Shown here: positions 18,562 through 28,596 of the stretch, piece by piece
Layout of the letters: each line of letters opens with the position of its first letter
Numbering within the stretch: the stretch's first letter is position 1
Source: Candidatus Woesearchaeota archaeon
Lineage (GTDB): Archaea; Nanobdellota; Nanobdellia; SCGC-AAA011-G17; PNOQ01
Length of the DNA: 64,000 nucleotides
Assembly (NCBI GenBank): GCA_964603065.1
Contig: CAZRTL010000006.1
Span: 84-64,083, forward strand
Reading direction: 5' to 3'
Program-made: the position numbers and the translations under genes
Notes under the pieces: generated by a model
What the model saw: the letters and a program-made list of their open reading frames with translations, nothing else
Told to the model about the DNA's origin: nothing
Database searches by the model: none

Positions 18562-19367
18562 TTTTTGAGTATTTTTTTAATTGTTTTTTTCTTTGAACTT
18601 CCTATTTTTTTAGAAAAATCATCTAATTTAAAATCTAACTCCTTTATTGCATTTGTTAGCATGTCTTTTGGATCTAATTGTCCAAAAGGTTCAATTGTAA
18701 ATATAAATTCTCCTTCTGTGTATTCCACCTGAATTAAATCCTGTGAAAGAGATTCAATTGCTTCATATAAATTATTTTCGAGAATTGCAGATTCATCTAA
18801 TTTATTGTCTTTTAATGCACTATCTGGAATTAAGTCCTTATACTTTGCGATTAATTTAGGATCATTTGTTATTTTTAATTTGGGTTTATGTTTGTATACA
18901 ACAACTCCTGGAGAAAATTTCATATGATCTTTTCCTTTTCCTAATTCTGCTGTTGCAACCAATTTGATTTCTTGGTCTTCTGTTAATGTTACTATTGGAA
19001 TATTATCCAGAACAGATTTTGTTTCTGGATCTTTTAATGTTAAATCTTTAGAATATACCACCTTTGGACCTTTTTCTTCTAAGGATAATGTAGTTTGACA
19101 TTTTGCACATCCTTTTCCTTTACAGGTACATCTTTCTTTTAGGTTATATGATTTTGAATCTGTTTTTATAGGGATTAGTCCCAATCTATGAGAAAGAAGT
19201 TCATCGTATAAAGCCGAGTCATTTTTTACTATTTCTACTTCTGATATTGCCATTACGGGAGTTTCAGATATTATTGTTCTTCTAAGTGTATTTGCTTCTG
19301 TTTCATTTATTCCGGAAATCTCAAGAATCAACTTTTGATCGTCTTGTTTTATTTTTTTTATTTCCAT
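18558..19367 (-). CDS. rpoD: DNA-directed RNA polymerase subunit D (Rpo3)
   Basis: Rpb3-like, Cys cluster CTCKGKGCAKCQ. Confidence 0.8.
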   Translation of the reverse strand: MEIKKIKQDDQKLILEISGINETEANTLRRTIISETPVMAISEVEIVKNDSALYDELLSHRLGLIPIKTDSKSYNLKERCTCKGKGCAKCQTTLSLEEKGPKVVYSKDLTLKDPETKSVLDNIPIVTLTEDQEIKLVATAELGKGKDHMKFSPGVVVYKHKPKLKITNDPKLIAKYKDLIPDSALKDNKLDESAILENNLYEAIESLSQDLIQVEYTEGEFIFTIEPFGQLDPKDMLTNAIKELDFKLDDFSKKIGSSKKKTIKKILKK

Positions 19368-19369
19368 TT

Positions 19370-19786
19370 TTATACACGCCTACCCCTTTTACCGCCCTTC
19401 TTTCTACAACCGTCATGTGCTGCAGGTGTAACTTCTTCTATGTTTCCTATTTTCAATCCTGCTCTTGTTAAAGTTCTTATTGCTGCTTGTGCTCCTGGTC
19501 CTGGTGACATTGGTCCATTGTGTCCGCCCGGTGCACGTACTTTTATATGTACAGCATTAATTCCTTTTTCAATTGCAGTTTCTGCTGCCATTTTTGCTGC
19601 AGACATAGCTACAGTCGGACTTGATTCTAATCTGTGAACTTTTGTGATCATTCCACCGGAACTTTTTGTTATCGTCTCTGATCCAGTTATGTCAGTAATG
19701 TGAATTATTGTATTATTATATGAAGAGTATATATGGGCTATTCCCCATCTTAATTTTCTTTGATCCTTTCTAAAATCTCTAACCAT
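19370..19786 (-). CDS. rps11: 30S ribosomal protein S11 (uS11)
   Basis: [20 protein letters not shown]... Confidence 0.85.
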   Translation of the reverse strand: MVRDFRKDQRKLRWGIAHIYSSYNNTIIHITDITGSETITKSSGGMITKVHRLESSPTVAMSAAKMAAETAIEKGINAVHIKVRAPGGHNGPMSPGPGAQAAIRTLTRAGLKIGNIEEVTPAAHDGCRKKGGKRGRRV

Positions 19787-20468
19787 TTTCTGCTACCTCT
19801 TCTACTTTTGGAGTTTCTTCAGCAACTACGGGGGTTTCTTCAACCTTTGGAACTTCTTTAATTTTAGGTTCCTCTTTCTTTTTAGTAGGTGCTTCAACTT
19901 TGGGTTCTTCCTTTTTGATTATTTTTTCTTTCTTTTCTTTCTCTAATTTTTCTTTTATAGTTCTTTCTGGATGATCTGCTTTTGAAACGGAAGAAGTTGG
20001 GTTGAAAGTTAATTTTGATTCGTCGTCTTTTGAAACGAAGAAAGAAGGAGCAGTGACTTTTTTGCCATTAATTAAAATGTGGCCATGTGTAATGAATTGT
20101 CTGGCTTGTTTCACGGACCTTGCAAGGCCTTTTCTTAAAACAACGGTCTGTAATCTTCTTTCTAAGTAATCCTTAACTTTTAAGTCTAGAATATCTTCTA
20201 GTTTTGAATCTTTAGAAATTATCCCATATTTCAATAATTTAGTTAGTAATTGTTCTCTTTCTTTTGCACTTTGTTCTGAACGAATATTAGCAATAATTTT
20301 TTTTACTTGATTCCTTGCTGATCTTAATCTAGACGCATATCTCCAGACTTCTTTTTTATTTTTTAGGCCATATTCTCTAACAATATCCTTTTCTTCTAAA
20401 ATTCTTTCTCTTTGCCATGGATGAAATGGCGTTTGATATGTTTTTCTTAATCTTTTTGTTTGACCCAT
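19779..20468 (-). CDS. rps4: 30S ribosomal protein S4 (uS4) with K/E/P-rich C-terminal extension
   Basis: S4 N-terminal and S4-domain pattern. C-terminal PKVE-type low-complexity tail. Confidence 0.8.
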   Translation of the reverse strand: MGQTKRLRKTYQTPFHPWQRERILEEKDIVREYGLKNKKEVWRYASRLRSARNQVKKIIANIRSEQSAKEREQLLTKLLKYGIISKDSKLEDILDLKVKDYLERRLQTVVLRKGLARSVKQARQFITHGHILINGKKVTAPSFFVSKDDESKLTFNPTSSVSKADHPERTIKEKLEKEKKEKIIKKEEPKVEAPTKKKEEPKIKEVPKVEETPVVAEETPKVEEVAENG

Positions 20469-20469
20469 T

Positions 20470-20919
20470 TTATTTTTTCTTTCTCTTTACTCCAAGAGAT
20501 TTTCCTTTTCTGAAATTAGCTTTAGTTCTTTGGCCTCTTACAGGCAATCCAACACCATGTCTGAATCCTCTATAAGATTTTATTTTTCTTAATCTTTTAA
20601 TATCAAATTCTTTTCTTAATTTTAAGTCGGAAACTACTAGATGTTTATCTTCTCCAGTATCATAATCTTTTTGTCTATTTACCATCCAAGAAGGAATACT
20701 ATGTTTTACAGGCTCTTTTATTGTTTCCTCTATTTTTTTTATTTCTGAATCTTGAAGAGAACCTGTTTTTTTATTTTTGTCCATATTGGTAACTACACAA
20801 ACGGCATTTGCCATAGAGAAACTAACTCCTTTAATTTTTGTTAGGGTTTGTACAATAGGCTTACTACCATCTAAATCTGTAGCCGCTACTCTCACAATAT
20901 ATTTTAATTTTTCTTCCAT
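20470..20919 (-). CDS. rps13: 30S ribosomal protein S13 (uS13)
   Basis: Sequence pattern and operon context. Confidence 0.8.
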   Translation of the reverse strand: MEEKLKYIVRVAATDLDGSKPIVQTLTKIKGVSFSMANAVCVVTNMDKNKKTGSLQDSEIKKIEETIKEPVKHSIPSWMVNRQKDYDTGEDKHLVVSDLKLRKEFDIKRLRKIKSYRGFRHGVGLPVRGQRTKANFRKGKSLGVKRKKK

Positions 20920-20960
20920 TCTTTGTTTTTGTTGTTAGTGCGCCCTTTTTAAAGCTTTTG

Positions 20961-21524
20961 CTAGGTTTGTACAAATAATTTACGTTTGTCTTCGTCGTTT
21001 AACTCTACGAAAATTCTCCTTATGATTACTTGGATTGGATCTGGTATTAATTTGACTCTTTCTTTTATGTCATCAAAGTTTTCGAACTCCTTTTCGTCTC
21101 TTTGTTCCAAAATTTCAGTTGTGTGTTTCTTTCCAATCCCTGGTAATAATTCTAGTTGGTGCATTCTTGTGTTTATCGGACCTGCTTTATTGAAGAAATC
21201 TATGAATTTCTTTTCATTTTTACTTATTAATTCTTTTATTACAAAGTCTAGTTCCATTCTAGCTGTTTGTGTTAATTTTGAAATAGGAATTTTTCCAACT
21301 ATGTGGTGTATTTTTTCCCTTTCCTCTCCACCTATATAAGCTTCTTCGTAGGGCTGTAGAAATTTTCCTTTTTTTGGAACTAATTCTAGAAGTGTAAAGT
21401 GATCACGACCTATTGCTTGCGCTATGGGAGTCTTTTGGTGTAAAGGCCTCCTGTCTGATGAATATCCGTTGGGTAGGAAATCCAAAATAACTGCATAATC
21501 TTCTTTTGTTATTGGCCGCATCAT
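20961..21524 (-). CDS. DUF655-family protein with helix-hairpin-helix motif
   Basis: HhH LELLPGIGKKHTTEILEQR. Conserved archaeal neighbour of rpoF and rpl21e. Confidence 0.5.
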   Translation of the reverse strand: MMRPITKEDYAVILDFLPNGYSSDRRPLHQKTPIAQAIGRDHFTLLELVPKKGKFLQPYEEAYIGGEEREKIHHIVGKIPISKLTQTARMELDFVIKELISKNEKKFIDFFNKAGPINTRMHQLELLPGIGKKHTTEILEQRDEKEFENFDDIKERVKLIPDPIQVIIRRIFVELNDEDKRKLFVQT

Positions 21525-21532
21525 TTTGTTCG

Positions 21533-21862
21533 TTAAGCATGTTTTTTCACTATGTTTAGTATTTTGTCTAAATCCTCTTGTTTCAAGGTGAGATTTTCAC
21601 CAGAAAGGATTGTTCTTAAGCTGTCAATGTCTGTTGGCAATATATTGATTATTAGTGTAATATGTTTATTCCTTAATCTTGTTACTCCTGCTGATTCTAA
21701 TTCTTTCTTTAATTCTTTATAAGTTTTTGTTTTTGGAGCATTATTTAGATATTCTTCTACTTTTTTGGCCCTGAAATTTAGTTCTTTATCTCTCTTTTTC
21801 ATTTCATCTATTCTTTCCTTCATTTCAGGTACACTTATTGGAGTTTGTTCTGTTATTTCCAT
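21533..21862 (-). CDS. rpoF: DNA-directed RNA polymerase subunit F (Rpo4)
   Basis: Size, HRDC-like C-terminus, position directly downstream of rpl21e. Confidence 0.55.
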   Translation of the reverse strand: MEITEQTPISVPEMKERIDEMKKRDKELNFRAKKVEEYLNNAPKTKTYKELKKELESAGVTRLRNKHITLIINILPTDIDSLRTILSGENLTLKQEDLDKILNIVKKHA

Positions 21863-21864
21863 TT

Positions 21865-22152
21865 TTATCTTCTTTTCAAATGTACTGGGTGAGTTAAGAT
21901 GGTTTTAATTTTATTTCCATCTTTTATTTGAACATAATAATTTGAACCTTGTTTTTCTTTTATTGTTCCAGCCTTTCCATGAAATCTTGGGTTGTATAAT
22001 CCCTTTTGAATTGCTGGTTCGGCAGCTAGGTAAACCCTATCTCCTTCCTTGAATTTTTGGAAGAACCTTCTAAGGCTGATCTTTCCTTTTGTTCTGACAT
22101 TTTTTCTTAATTTATGCCTAGTTTTCCTTCTTAATCCACCGATTCGTTTCAT
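21865..22152 (-). CDS. rpl21e: 50S ribosomal protein L21e
   Basis: MKRIGGLRRKTRHKLRKNVRTKGKISLRRF... Confidence 0.85.
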   Translation of the reverse strand: MKRIGGLRRKTRHKLRKNVRTKGKISLRRFFQKFKEGDRVYLAAEPAIQKGLYNPRFHGKAGTIKEKQGSNYYVQIKDGNKIKTILTHPVHLKRR

Positions 22153-22196
22153 TTCAAAATAATGGGAATAAAGTTGATTTATAAAGGTTTTTGTTG

Positions 22197-22484
22197 TTAT
22201 AGAAGTTTAGCCAATGCTTGATCTAGTGCGAAAAATAAGTTCGGATTTTCTGCTTCAGATGTTTTGTTTTCTTCTGCCTCTAAATCAGTTTTTATCTTAT
22301 ATTTAGAATCTTTTGCTAGAATTATGGTTATTTTTTTGAAATCTTTGACTTTTTCCGAGATTTTTTTTGTATAGTTCCCAACTACTTTTTTTACCACTAT
22401 CAATTGACCTTTTTCTATTTCTTCAAAGTTATCTAAATTTATGTTACCACCTAGCTCTATCATGATTAACTCCTTAGAATTCAT
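22197..22484 (-). CDS. hypothetical protein
   Basis: ORF only. Confidence 0.3.
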   Translation of the reverse strand: MNSKELIMIELGGNINLDNFEEIEKGQLIVVKKVVGNYTKKISEKVKDFKKITIILAKDSKYKIKTDLEAEENKTSEAENPNLFFALDQALAKLL

Positions 22485-22755
22485 ATGATTTAAGCTTTTC
22501 TATCTAGTATATAAGGTGTAAATTAGCAGTTTGATGGGCTTTGAATAATATCCCGTATACAGCGCTATTTTTTCTAGGCTGGATCCCTCCACCCTATCAG
22601 TTATATTTGTAAATTCGGCTAAACTTTTGTCAGCTCTTTCCGAATAGCCCTGTTCATTTTCTATCCTGTTTGATTTGTTTTTCATATTTCTAGTCCATTG
22701 ATATAGAAATTCTGTAGATTCCCTTCCTGCTTTGAATATTTTACATAGAGACATT

Positions 22756-24438
22756 TTATTTTAATTTTTTAGTTACATATGGGCCTTCTTTTTTGTATCC
22801 CAACTTATAATAGTATTCTCTTACTCCTATTCCAGAAATAACTATCATTTTGTCTTTTTTGTGCCGTTTTGCTATCTCTTCTGCTTTCTGCATTAATTTT
22901 TTGCCCCAACCTTTATGTTGAACTTGGCCTTTTTCTTTTATTCCTGTTGAAGTCCCGTAAACATGAAGTTCTCTTATTAATGCTGAGTTCTTTGTTATTT
23001 CTTTTCTTAAGTTTTTGTGAGGAAAACGCATCCTTGCGAACCCAACTAACAGATCATTTTTTGTGTCTTCTGCCGATATAAAAAATTCTTTTCCGTTTGA
23101 TGCTCCATATTCTTGAACTTTGATTTTTACATCATTCCAACTTATTTCTTTTCCCATAGGTTCCCTGCATCTTATACAATTGCAAGTTACTTTATATTTT
23201 TGGAATAAGTGTTGTCTAAAATTTGTCATTTCTACGCCGGCGGACCATTGTTGTGTTGGAACGTCTCTTTGTATCCTCATTATCCTGCAATATCTTGGAA
23301 CATATTTTTTGAATTTTGCAATTAGTTCTGCTGCATCTTTCGAATTTAGAGGTTTGAATTTTCCTTGTTTATATTCTGCATATAGTGCGGTTCCTGGAGA
23401 AACCATGGTTGGATATACTTTTAGCATGTCTGGTTTGAAATTTTCATCTGAGAATAATTGTTTCATTCCTTCTAGATCCTTTTTTTTATTTGTTAAAGGT
23501 AATCCTGGCATGTAGTGCCCTGCAACTTTAAAACCTAAATCTTTTAAAATTCTTATGGAGTCTTTTGTGTCTTTTATTGTATGCCCTCGGTGGACTTTTT
23601 TTATTACATCTTCGTAGACAGATTGTATTCCTAATTCTACTCTTGTACATCCAAGTCTTAGCATTTGATTTCCATGTTTTAGTAGGCCCCAATCAGGTTT
23701 TGTTTCAATACATAAAGCTACACATCTTACTTTTGCAGTTTCATTTATTGTTTGTTCTTTAGTTAGTGTACATGTTTTTTTTAGTTTGAGTAGTTTGTCT
23801 TGAATTCTTTTTGTTCTTTCTTTATTTTCGAAATTTTCACTTGGAAGTTCGTAGAACTTTTTGAATTTTATATAATCAAACTCTCCTTTTTTGTTGAAAA
23901 ATAATTTTGAAAAGTCATTTAGAGCTTTGAATGAAAATTTTATGAATTCTTCTTGGTATTTTTTTGGAAATGATGGGAAAGTTCCTCCCATGATAATTAA
24001 TTCTATCTTTTCGAAGTTGTGCCCCAGTAAAACATATTGTTCTAATCTATTGAATATTTGTAAATAAGGATCATAATGATTTCTTATTGCACGCATTGTT
24101 GCTGGTTCTCCTCCAGTATATGATTGAGGTACATCTCCAAAAGATGAATTTAGACCTCCAGGACAATAAATGCATTTTCCATGAGGACAAGAAATAGGTT
24201 TTGTCATAATTGCTAAGGGTGCTACTCCTGAAATTGTTCTTACTGGCTTTGTTAATAATTTTGGTTTGAGAATTTTTATCTTATCTTCTGGAGCATTCAT
24301 TAAAATCTGAATTAGACTTGGAAGTTTTTTTGGTTTGTACTTTTTTGATAGTCTATCTCTTAGTTTTATAATCTCAGATCTAGTCTTAAGATCCTTTTCT
24401 AGGATTTCTTTTACTATTTCTTCATACAATTTTTCCAT
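22756..24438 (-). CDS. elp3: Elongator complex protein 3 homolog (radical SAM plus GNAT acetyltransferase), tRNA U34 modification
   Basis: Radical-SAM CxxxCxxC (CPHGKCIYC) and C-terminal GNAT domain. Confidence 0.85.
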   Translation of the reverse strand: MEKLYEEIVKEILEKDLKTRSEIIKLRDRLSKKYKPKKLPSLIQILMNAPEDKIKILKPKLLTKPVRTISGVAPLAIMTKPISCPHGKCIYCPGGLNSSFGDVPQSYTGGEPATMRAIRNHYDPYLQIFNRLEQYVLLGHNFEKIELIIMGGTFPSFPKKYQEEFIKFSFKALNDFSKLFFNKKGEFDYIKFKKFYELPSENFENKERTKRIQDKLLKLKKTCTLTKEQTINETAKVRCVALCIETKPDWGLLKHGNQMLRLGCTRVELGIQSVYEDVIKKVHRGHTIKDTKDSIRILKDLGFKVAGHYMPGLPLTNKKKDLEGMKQLFSDENFKPDMLKVYPTMVSPGTALYAEYKQGKFKPLNSKDAAELIAKFKKYVPRYCRIMRIQRDVPTQQWSAGVEMTNFRQHLFQKYKVTCNCIRCREPMGKEISWNDVKIKVQEYGASNGKEFFISAEDTKNDLLVGFARMRFPHKNLRKEITKNSALIRELHVYGTSTGIKEKGQVQHKGWGKKLMQKAEEIAKRHKKDKMIVISGIGVREYYYKLGYKKEGPYVTKKLK

Positions 24439-24459
24439 GATTTTTGTAAAAGAGAAACG

Positions 24460-24466
24460 TTTAAAA
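24460..24466 (+). promoter_or_regulatory. TATA-like element upstream of SRP RNA
   Basis: TTTAAAA lies about 25-30 nt upstream of the predicted RNA start. Confidence 0.3.
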
Positions 24467-24490
24467 GGACTTCTTTTTTTAGAAAATAGT

Positions 24491-24754
24491 AGGCTAGCTG
24501 GGTAGTCAGCCCTTACCTGTACCGCAAATGGGCTACATGGCGGAGTGAAGCTTAGGCGAGGCTGAGAAGTTGATTATCGGTCTCAATTTGGACGTTGATC
24601 CTTTGTCTTACAGGGTTGATGTTTTAGAGAACCAGGTCAGACCGGGAACGGAGCAGCCTTAACCTTTAATATTGGCGCTTGTAAGTAGCAGAGGGGAGAA
24701 AGAATTGGGGTTAAGCTGATGGTTGATTTCTTTGTCGAACTTAAGTGGCCTACA
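24491..24754 (+). ncRNA. ffs: Signal recognition particle RNA (7S RNA)
   Basis: GC-rich island. Helix-8 core ACCAGGTCAGACCGGGAACGGAGCAGCC closely matches the universal SRP RNA motif (CCAGGUCAGGUCCGGAAGGAAGCAGCC). Followed by an oligo-T run. The ends are approximate. Confidence 0.75.
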
Positions 24755-25077
24755 TTTTTTTAGAAACATTTTTAAAATACTTTTATACTCTATTTTTATG
24801 TCGGATAGAAATTTTTTGATGGGGATAATGCTCGATCATGAGGAACATGCGCTTTTAAGAGATTTTGAGAGATCTTTACCTGGACTTGAAACGTTGAATG
24901 GCAGATATCTGGTAGATGTTGCAAATTGTGGCTCTTATACTTTAGATGGATATAGGCAAGATTCTGAATGTTTTTAATTAAGTATATATTTTTATTATTT
25001 CTTAGTGGGGGGTAATAGAATTAATATTTTTGATACACTTAAAGATCCAAAAGAAATAAGGTTTGATAGGAAATAAT

Positions 25078-25527
25078 TTATAATTTTGCTATTATGTCAC
25101 TTAAACTTTGAGCTAGAATGTTATACATTTTTTGTATTGTTAATTCATATATAGCTTCTTTTAAAGGCCCAGTACAATAAGGAAGAATTTCAGTGTTAAA
25201 TGTTGTACCTTTATCTACTTTACAATCCATTGATTTTCCTTCAAATAAACTCGCTACTTCTAATTCTGTTTCCGAAGGCATATCTAAAATCGTTACTCTA
25301 ACTTTACATTGATCATTATCTTGTCCTTTTATTTGGTATGTAAAAGTTGAACCCTCGTCTAAAACTGTTAATTTTGTTTTTTTACAATTTTCTAAATGTC
25401 TATTATAACATGATTTATCGTCTGCACAATCAAACTCATAAGAGAAATAAAAAACACCTATTATGACCAATATTATTATTATAATCGGAATAATAAGAAC
25501 TTTTGGATCCCTTTTCTTCTTTTTCAT
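25078..25527 (-). CDS. Small membrane-anchored Cys-containing protein, unknown function
   Basis: N-terminal TM helix. Confidence 0.35.
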   Translation of the reverse strand: MKKKKRDPKVLIIPIIIIILVIIGVFYFSYEFDCADDKSCYNRHLENCKKTKLTVLDEGSTFTYQIKGQDNDQCKVRVTILDMPSETELEVASLFEGKSMDCKVDKGTTFNTEILPYCTGPLKEAIYELTIQKMYNILAQSLSDIIAKL

Positions 25528-25565
25528 AAAGAAAAAATGAAATTAAGATTTTATTAAGTTTTCGT

Positions 25566-26852
25566 TTATAGATCATCCTTAGTTATTATCTTAACCTTTG
25601 GAGATCTTTGAATTTTCGAAGACATTGCAATTAAATTTTTAATTCCAACTCTTTCTGATAGCTTAACTAGATCTAATTCAATCATTCCATCAAAGATAAC
25701 TGTAGTTATTCCAGATTTCAAAGATTTTATTGTTGTTGCTAGTTCCGATGTAGGAACTTTTCCTAGAATATTGGTATCTTCATCTAGTAAGTAGGCCCCT
25801 CGTGTTCCAACAAGATCGTCTAGCATTTCTTTATACAATTTTGATTCTTGTGGAGTCACTCTAGTTCTTCTTACAGGTGGTGCCCTTGAAATTGTTTCTG
25901 TTTTTGCTGGCGCTCTTGAAGTTGTTGTTCTTGTTGTAGGAGCTCTTGAAACTGTTCTTTGTGGAGTTCTTCTTCCATTAGCTGGTTCTGTAATATCTAA
26001 TTTTGCTTGTTCAACTGCTACCTTACTTCTTAGAGCTTTGTTTATTTCTTTTTTTGTTAGCTCTTCAACTTCTTTGCCATCGGGTGCCTTAATAACATAA
26101 TCTATTTCAGCAACACTCATAAGTTCTTTTATAATTAAGACTCCTCCACGATCTCCATCTACAAAAACAGTTACATCCTTTCTTTTACTTAGATCTATAA
26201 CTGTTTGAGGTACTGAAGTTCCGTTTAGAGCTATTGCATTTTTTATGCCGTGTTTTAATAGAGTTAAGACATCTGCTCTCCCTTCGACTACAATTATTTC
26301 ATCAGATTCTTCTATAAATGGACCTGCTGCCAATCTATCCTTTCCATATTCAACAATTTCCATCATTCTTACAGAATGTGCAACCTCTTCTGTAATCTCT
26401 TGTGAATCAGGTAGTGCATTATCTGTAAAGTCCTTTAGAAGTTCTTTTGCTCTATCTACCACGAAAGCTCTTTTAGAAGTTCTTACATCTTCTATGTTTT
26501 TTGAATTTACTTTAGCATTACATGGGCCAATTCTTTGAATTGTTTCCAAAGCCGCTGCAATAATTGCTGTTTCTGCTTTGTCTAAGCTAGAAGGTATAAT
26601 TATTTCTCCGCTGGCTTTTCCAGCTTTTGTCGTTAAATTTACCTCAATTCTACCTATTTTTCCGTTTCTTTGTAATTCTCGTAATTCTAGATCTTCCCCT
26701 AGAAGACCCTCTGTTTGTCCAAATATTGCTCCAATTACGTCTGGTCTGTCTACAGTACCTTCAACCGTAATATGAGCATGAATAATATATTTAGCTGCTA
26801 CTAAGCCAATTTTTCCCATTTTACATTTCCTCCTATGTATACAATAAACCAA
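25566..26852 (-). CDS. dnaG: Archaeal DnaG-type primase (Toprim domain)
   Basis: Toprim motifs IVVEGRADVL...FVDGDRGG. Internal SRAP-type low-complexity insert. Confidence 0.8.
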   Translation of the reverse strand: MVYCIHRRKCKMGKIGLVAAKYIIHAHITVEGTVDRPDVIGAIFGQTEGLLGEDLELRELQRNGKIGRIEVNLTTKAGKASGEIIIPSSLDKAETAIIAAALETIQRIGPCNAKVNSKNIEDVRTSKRAFVVDRAKELLKDFTDNALPDSQEITEEVAHSVRMMEIVEYGKDRLAAGPFIEESDEIIVVEGRADVLTLLKHGIKNAIALNGTSVPQTVIDLSKRKDVTVFVDGDRGGVLIIKELMSVAEIDYVIKAPDGKEVEELTKKEINKALRSKVAVEQAKLDITEPANGRRTPQRTVSRAPTTRTTTSRAPAKTETISRAPPVRRTRVTPQESKLYKEMLDDLVGTRGAYLLDEDTNILGKVPTSELATTIKSLKSGITTVIFDGMIELDLVKLSERVGIKNLIAMSSKIQRSPKVKIITKDDL

Positions 26853-27067
26853 TAAAGAACAAGTTTTCCCCCATTTTTGGGTTGTTTACGTCAAATATGA
26901 CAAATGAATATGATATTTTTTGTGAATATGATATTTTTTCGTTCTTTAAAGGTTTGTAGCCCGATACTAACCCCAAAGCTCATAGCTTGATGTTGCATCG
27001 TTAGCTCCGTTTGGTAAATTCTCTTACCGGGCTTGATATTTGGTTTTGATTTTGGTTTATAAATGTT

Positions 27068-27514
27068 GTGATTTATCACTATTATTACGATATGGTGGTA
27101 ACACCTAGAAAAGCTTATAAAGGGAAGAAATTCAAAAAATGTATGTTATCTTTAGTAATAAATTCGGTTGTTAGGGGAGAGAATCCAACTTCGGAGCAAT
27201 TTAAAGATCTTGTTTCTAATATAGAATCTGAAGGAATATTTGATAGAGAACCTAGAAGATTTATTGTTAGTGAAGAGAAAGTTGGAAAATTTACTGTTTA
27301 TAGAACTAAGTCGATAGGAAAAGGCAATATTGTTTATACTGTTTTTGAGCATAGAGATATTTCCGATAAAGATTTTGATCTTTCAAATAAAAGAATAGGA
27401 TATGAAATTCATATGTCTCCAGAAGGAGAGCTAGTTAGAGTTAATAAAAAGGAAAACCCTGTTCTTTTTGATGGTTGCGTTGAAGTGTTGACTACTCAGA
27501 AAAGATATCTTTAA
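27068..27514 (+). CDS. hypothetical protein
   Basis: ORF only. Confidence 0.3.
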   Translation: MIYHYYYDMVVTPRKAYKGKKFKKCMLSLVINSVVRGENPTSEQFKDLVSNIESEGIFDREPRRFIVSEEKVGKFTVYRTKSIGKGNIVYTVFEHRDISDKDFDLSNKRIGYEIHMSPEGELVRVNKKENPVLFDGCVEVLTTQKRYL

Positions 27515-27515
27515 T

Positions 27516-28013
27516 TTATTTGAATTTCTGTAAATTTAGATAAGATTTAGTCCTATTAAAGATATCATGTGCATCTTCTTTTATCTCTTTTTCATATCTT
27601 TCTCTTCTTCCGGTTGCTAGGAATTTATCAAATACTCCTCTTACAAACTTGTAAATTGGGCTATTAGACCATCTTTCTTCATAATCTGTCTCAATATAGG
27701 CTTCATATTTGATTTTTAATGCGCCTTCTACGGTTTTTCCTTGTTTTGTTTCAATTATTTCATAATCTTTTAAAGAAATAGATAGTTCTAGTATAAGTCT
27801 TGTATAATTGTCTAAGTATTTTTGTCCAGCCCATTTTATAGTTACAGATTTTTTGTCTCCACGTACTACATCATCATATTCTTTTTCGTGAAAAACATAA
27901 CCATGTAAATCAAACCAAGCTTTTAATGTTCTGTATAAGTCAATCATACTAAATTGAGCTTTTTTCTGTATTACTAAATTATCTCCCCTAATTATCCAGT
28001 CAGCCTCAACCAT
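27516..28013 (-). CDS. Uncharacterised family protein, paralog 3 of a tandem triplet
   Basis: Shares the (Q/G)vFsM.dLY..lkaW...gY.f.EK...W backbone with the two upstream ORFs. Confidence 0.5.
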   Translation of the reverse strand: MVEADWIIRGDNLVIQKKAQFSMIDLYRTLKAWFDLHGYVFHEKEYDDVVRGDKKSVTIKWAGQKYLDNYTRLILELSISLKDYEIIETKQGKTVEGALKIKYEAYIETDYEERWSNSPIYKFVRGVFDKFLATGRRERYEKEIKEDAHDIFNRTKSYLNLQKFK

Positions 28014-28051
28014 GTTTAAATTTTGGAAACTGAGATATATAAAGTTTTTCT

Positions 28052-28561
28052 TTAGTATTGATGCATTGTTAAGAAGTTTTTTATTTCGTCCTGCAATGCA
28101 TAAGTTTTTGAATATAAATTTGTTTTGTAATCATCAAGTCTGTTGCTTATTATGAATTTTTCGTATATAGTTTGGAAGGCACCTTTTTTTTCTCCCCATT
28201 TTTTTTGCCTATCTGTTAAAACATGAGAGCTTATTCTTATTTCTACTTCTCCCGCCTGAGTTTTTATTTTTTTACCGTCTTGTTCTAATTCAACATCTTT
28301 TAATCCTAAAACAAAGAAACCCATTTTTATGACAAAAGCAAAATAATCACTAATATCTTTTTGAGCATACCACCTTATTTCTAATTGTTGAGTATCTCCT
28401 TTCATTCTTTGAACAAACTTTTCTTCTTGGAATGTTTTATCTTCGTTGCCATAACCTTGATAATCTAGCCACATCTTGATATGTTTGTATAAATCAGACA
28501 TACTAAAAACTCCTTTCCACTTTACTTTTATTCCGGGAACAATGGTAAGTTTTTCTTGCAT
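28052..28561 (-). CDS. Uncharacterised family protein, paralog 2 of a tandem triplet
   Basis: Same backbone as neighbours. Confidence 0.5.
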   Translation of the reverse strand: MQEKLTIVPGIKVKWKGVFSMSDLYKHIKMWLDYQGYGNEDKTFQEEKFVQRMKGDTQQLEIRWYAQKDISDYFAFVIKMGFFVLGLKDVELEQDGKKIKTQAGEVEIRISSHVLTDRQKKWGEKKGAFQTIYEKFIISNRLDDYKTNLYSKTYALQDEIKNFLTMHQY

Positions 28562-28596
28562 TTTTTTATTTTTGTAAATATATTTTATAAACTTTT

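Noticed and set aside
22500-22754. 84-aa ORF between the hypothetical gene at 22197 and elp3
   Set aside because: No recognisable motif, atypical composition, and it is wedged in a 270-nt gap. It may be spurious or a short uncharacterised gene, so it is not listed as a feature.
24723-24977. 84-aa ORF overlapping the 3' end of the SRP RNA
   Set aside because: Its first 25 codons are SRP RNA sequence. A shorter ORF from MSDRN (24798..24977) is possible, but unsupported.
26940-27035. Possible minus-strand tRNA in the dnaG upstream region
   Set aside because: The acceptor-like ends pair (GCCCGGT/ATCGGGC). No consistent D arm, anticodon arm or T arm (no GTTC-like loop) could be built.
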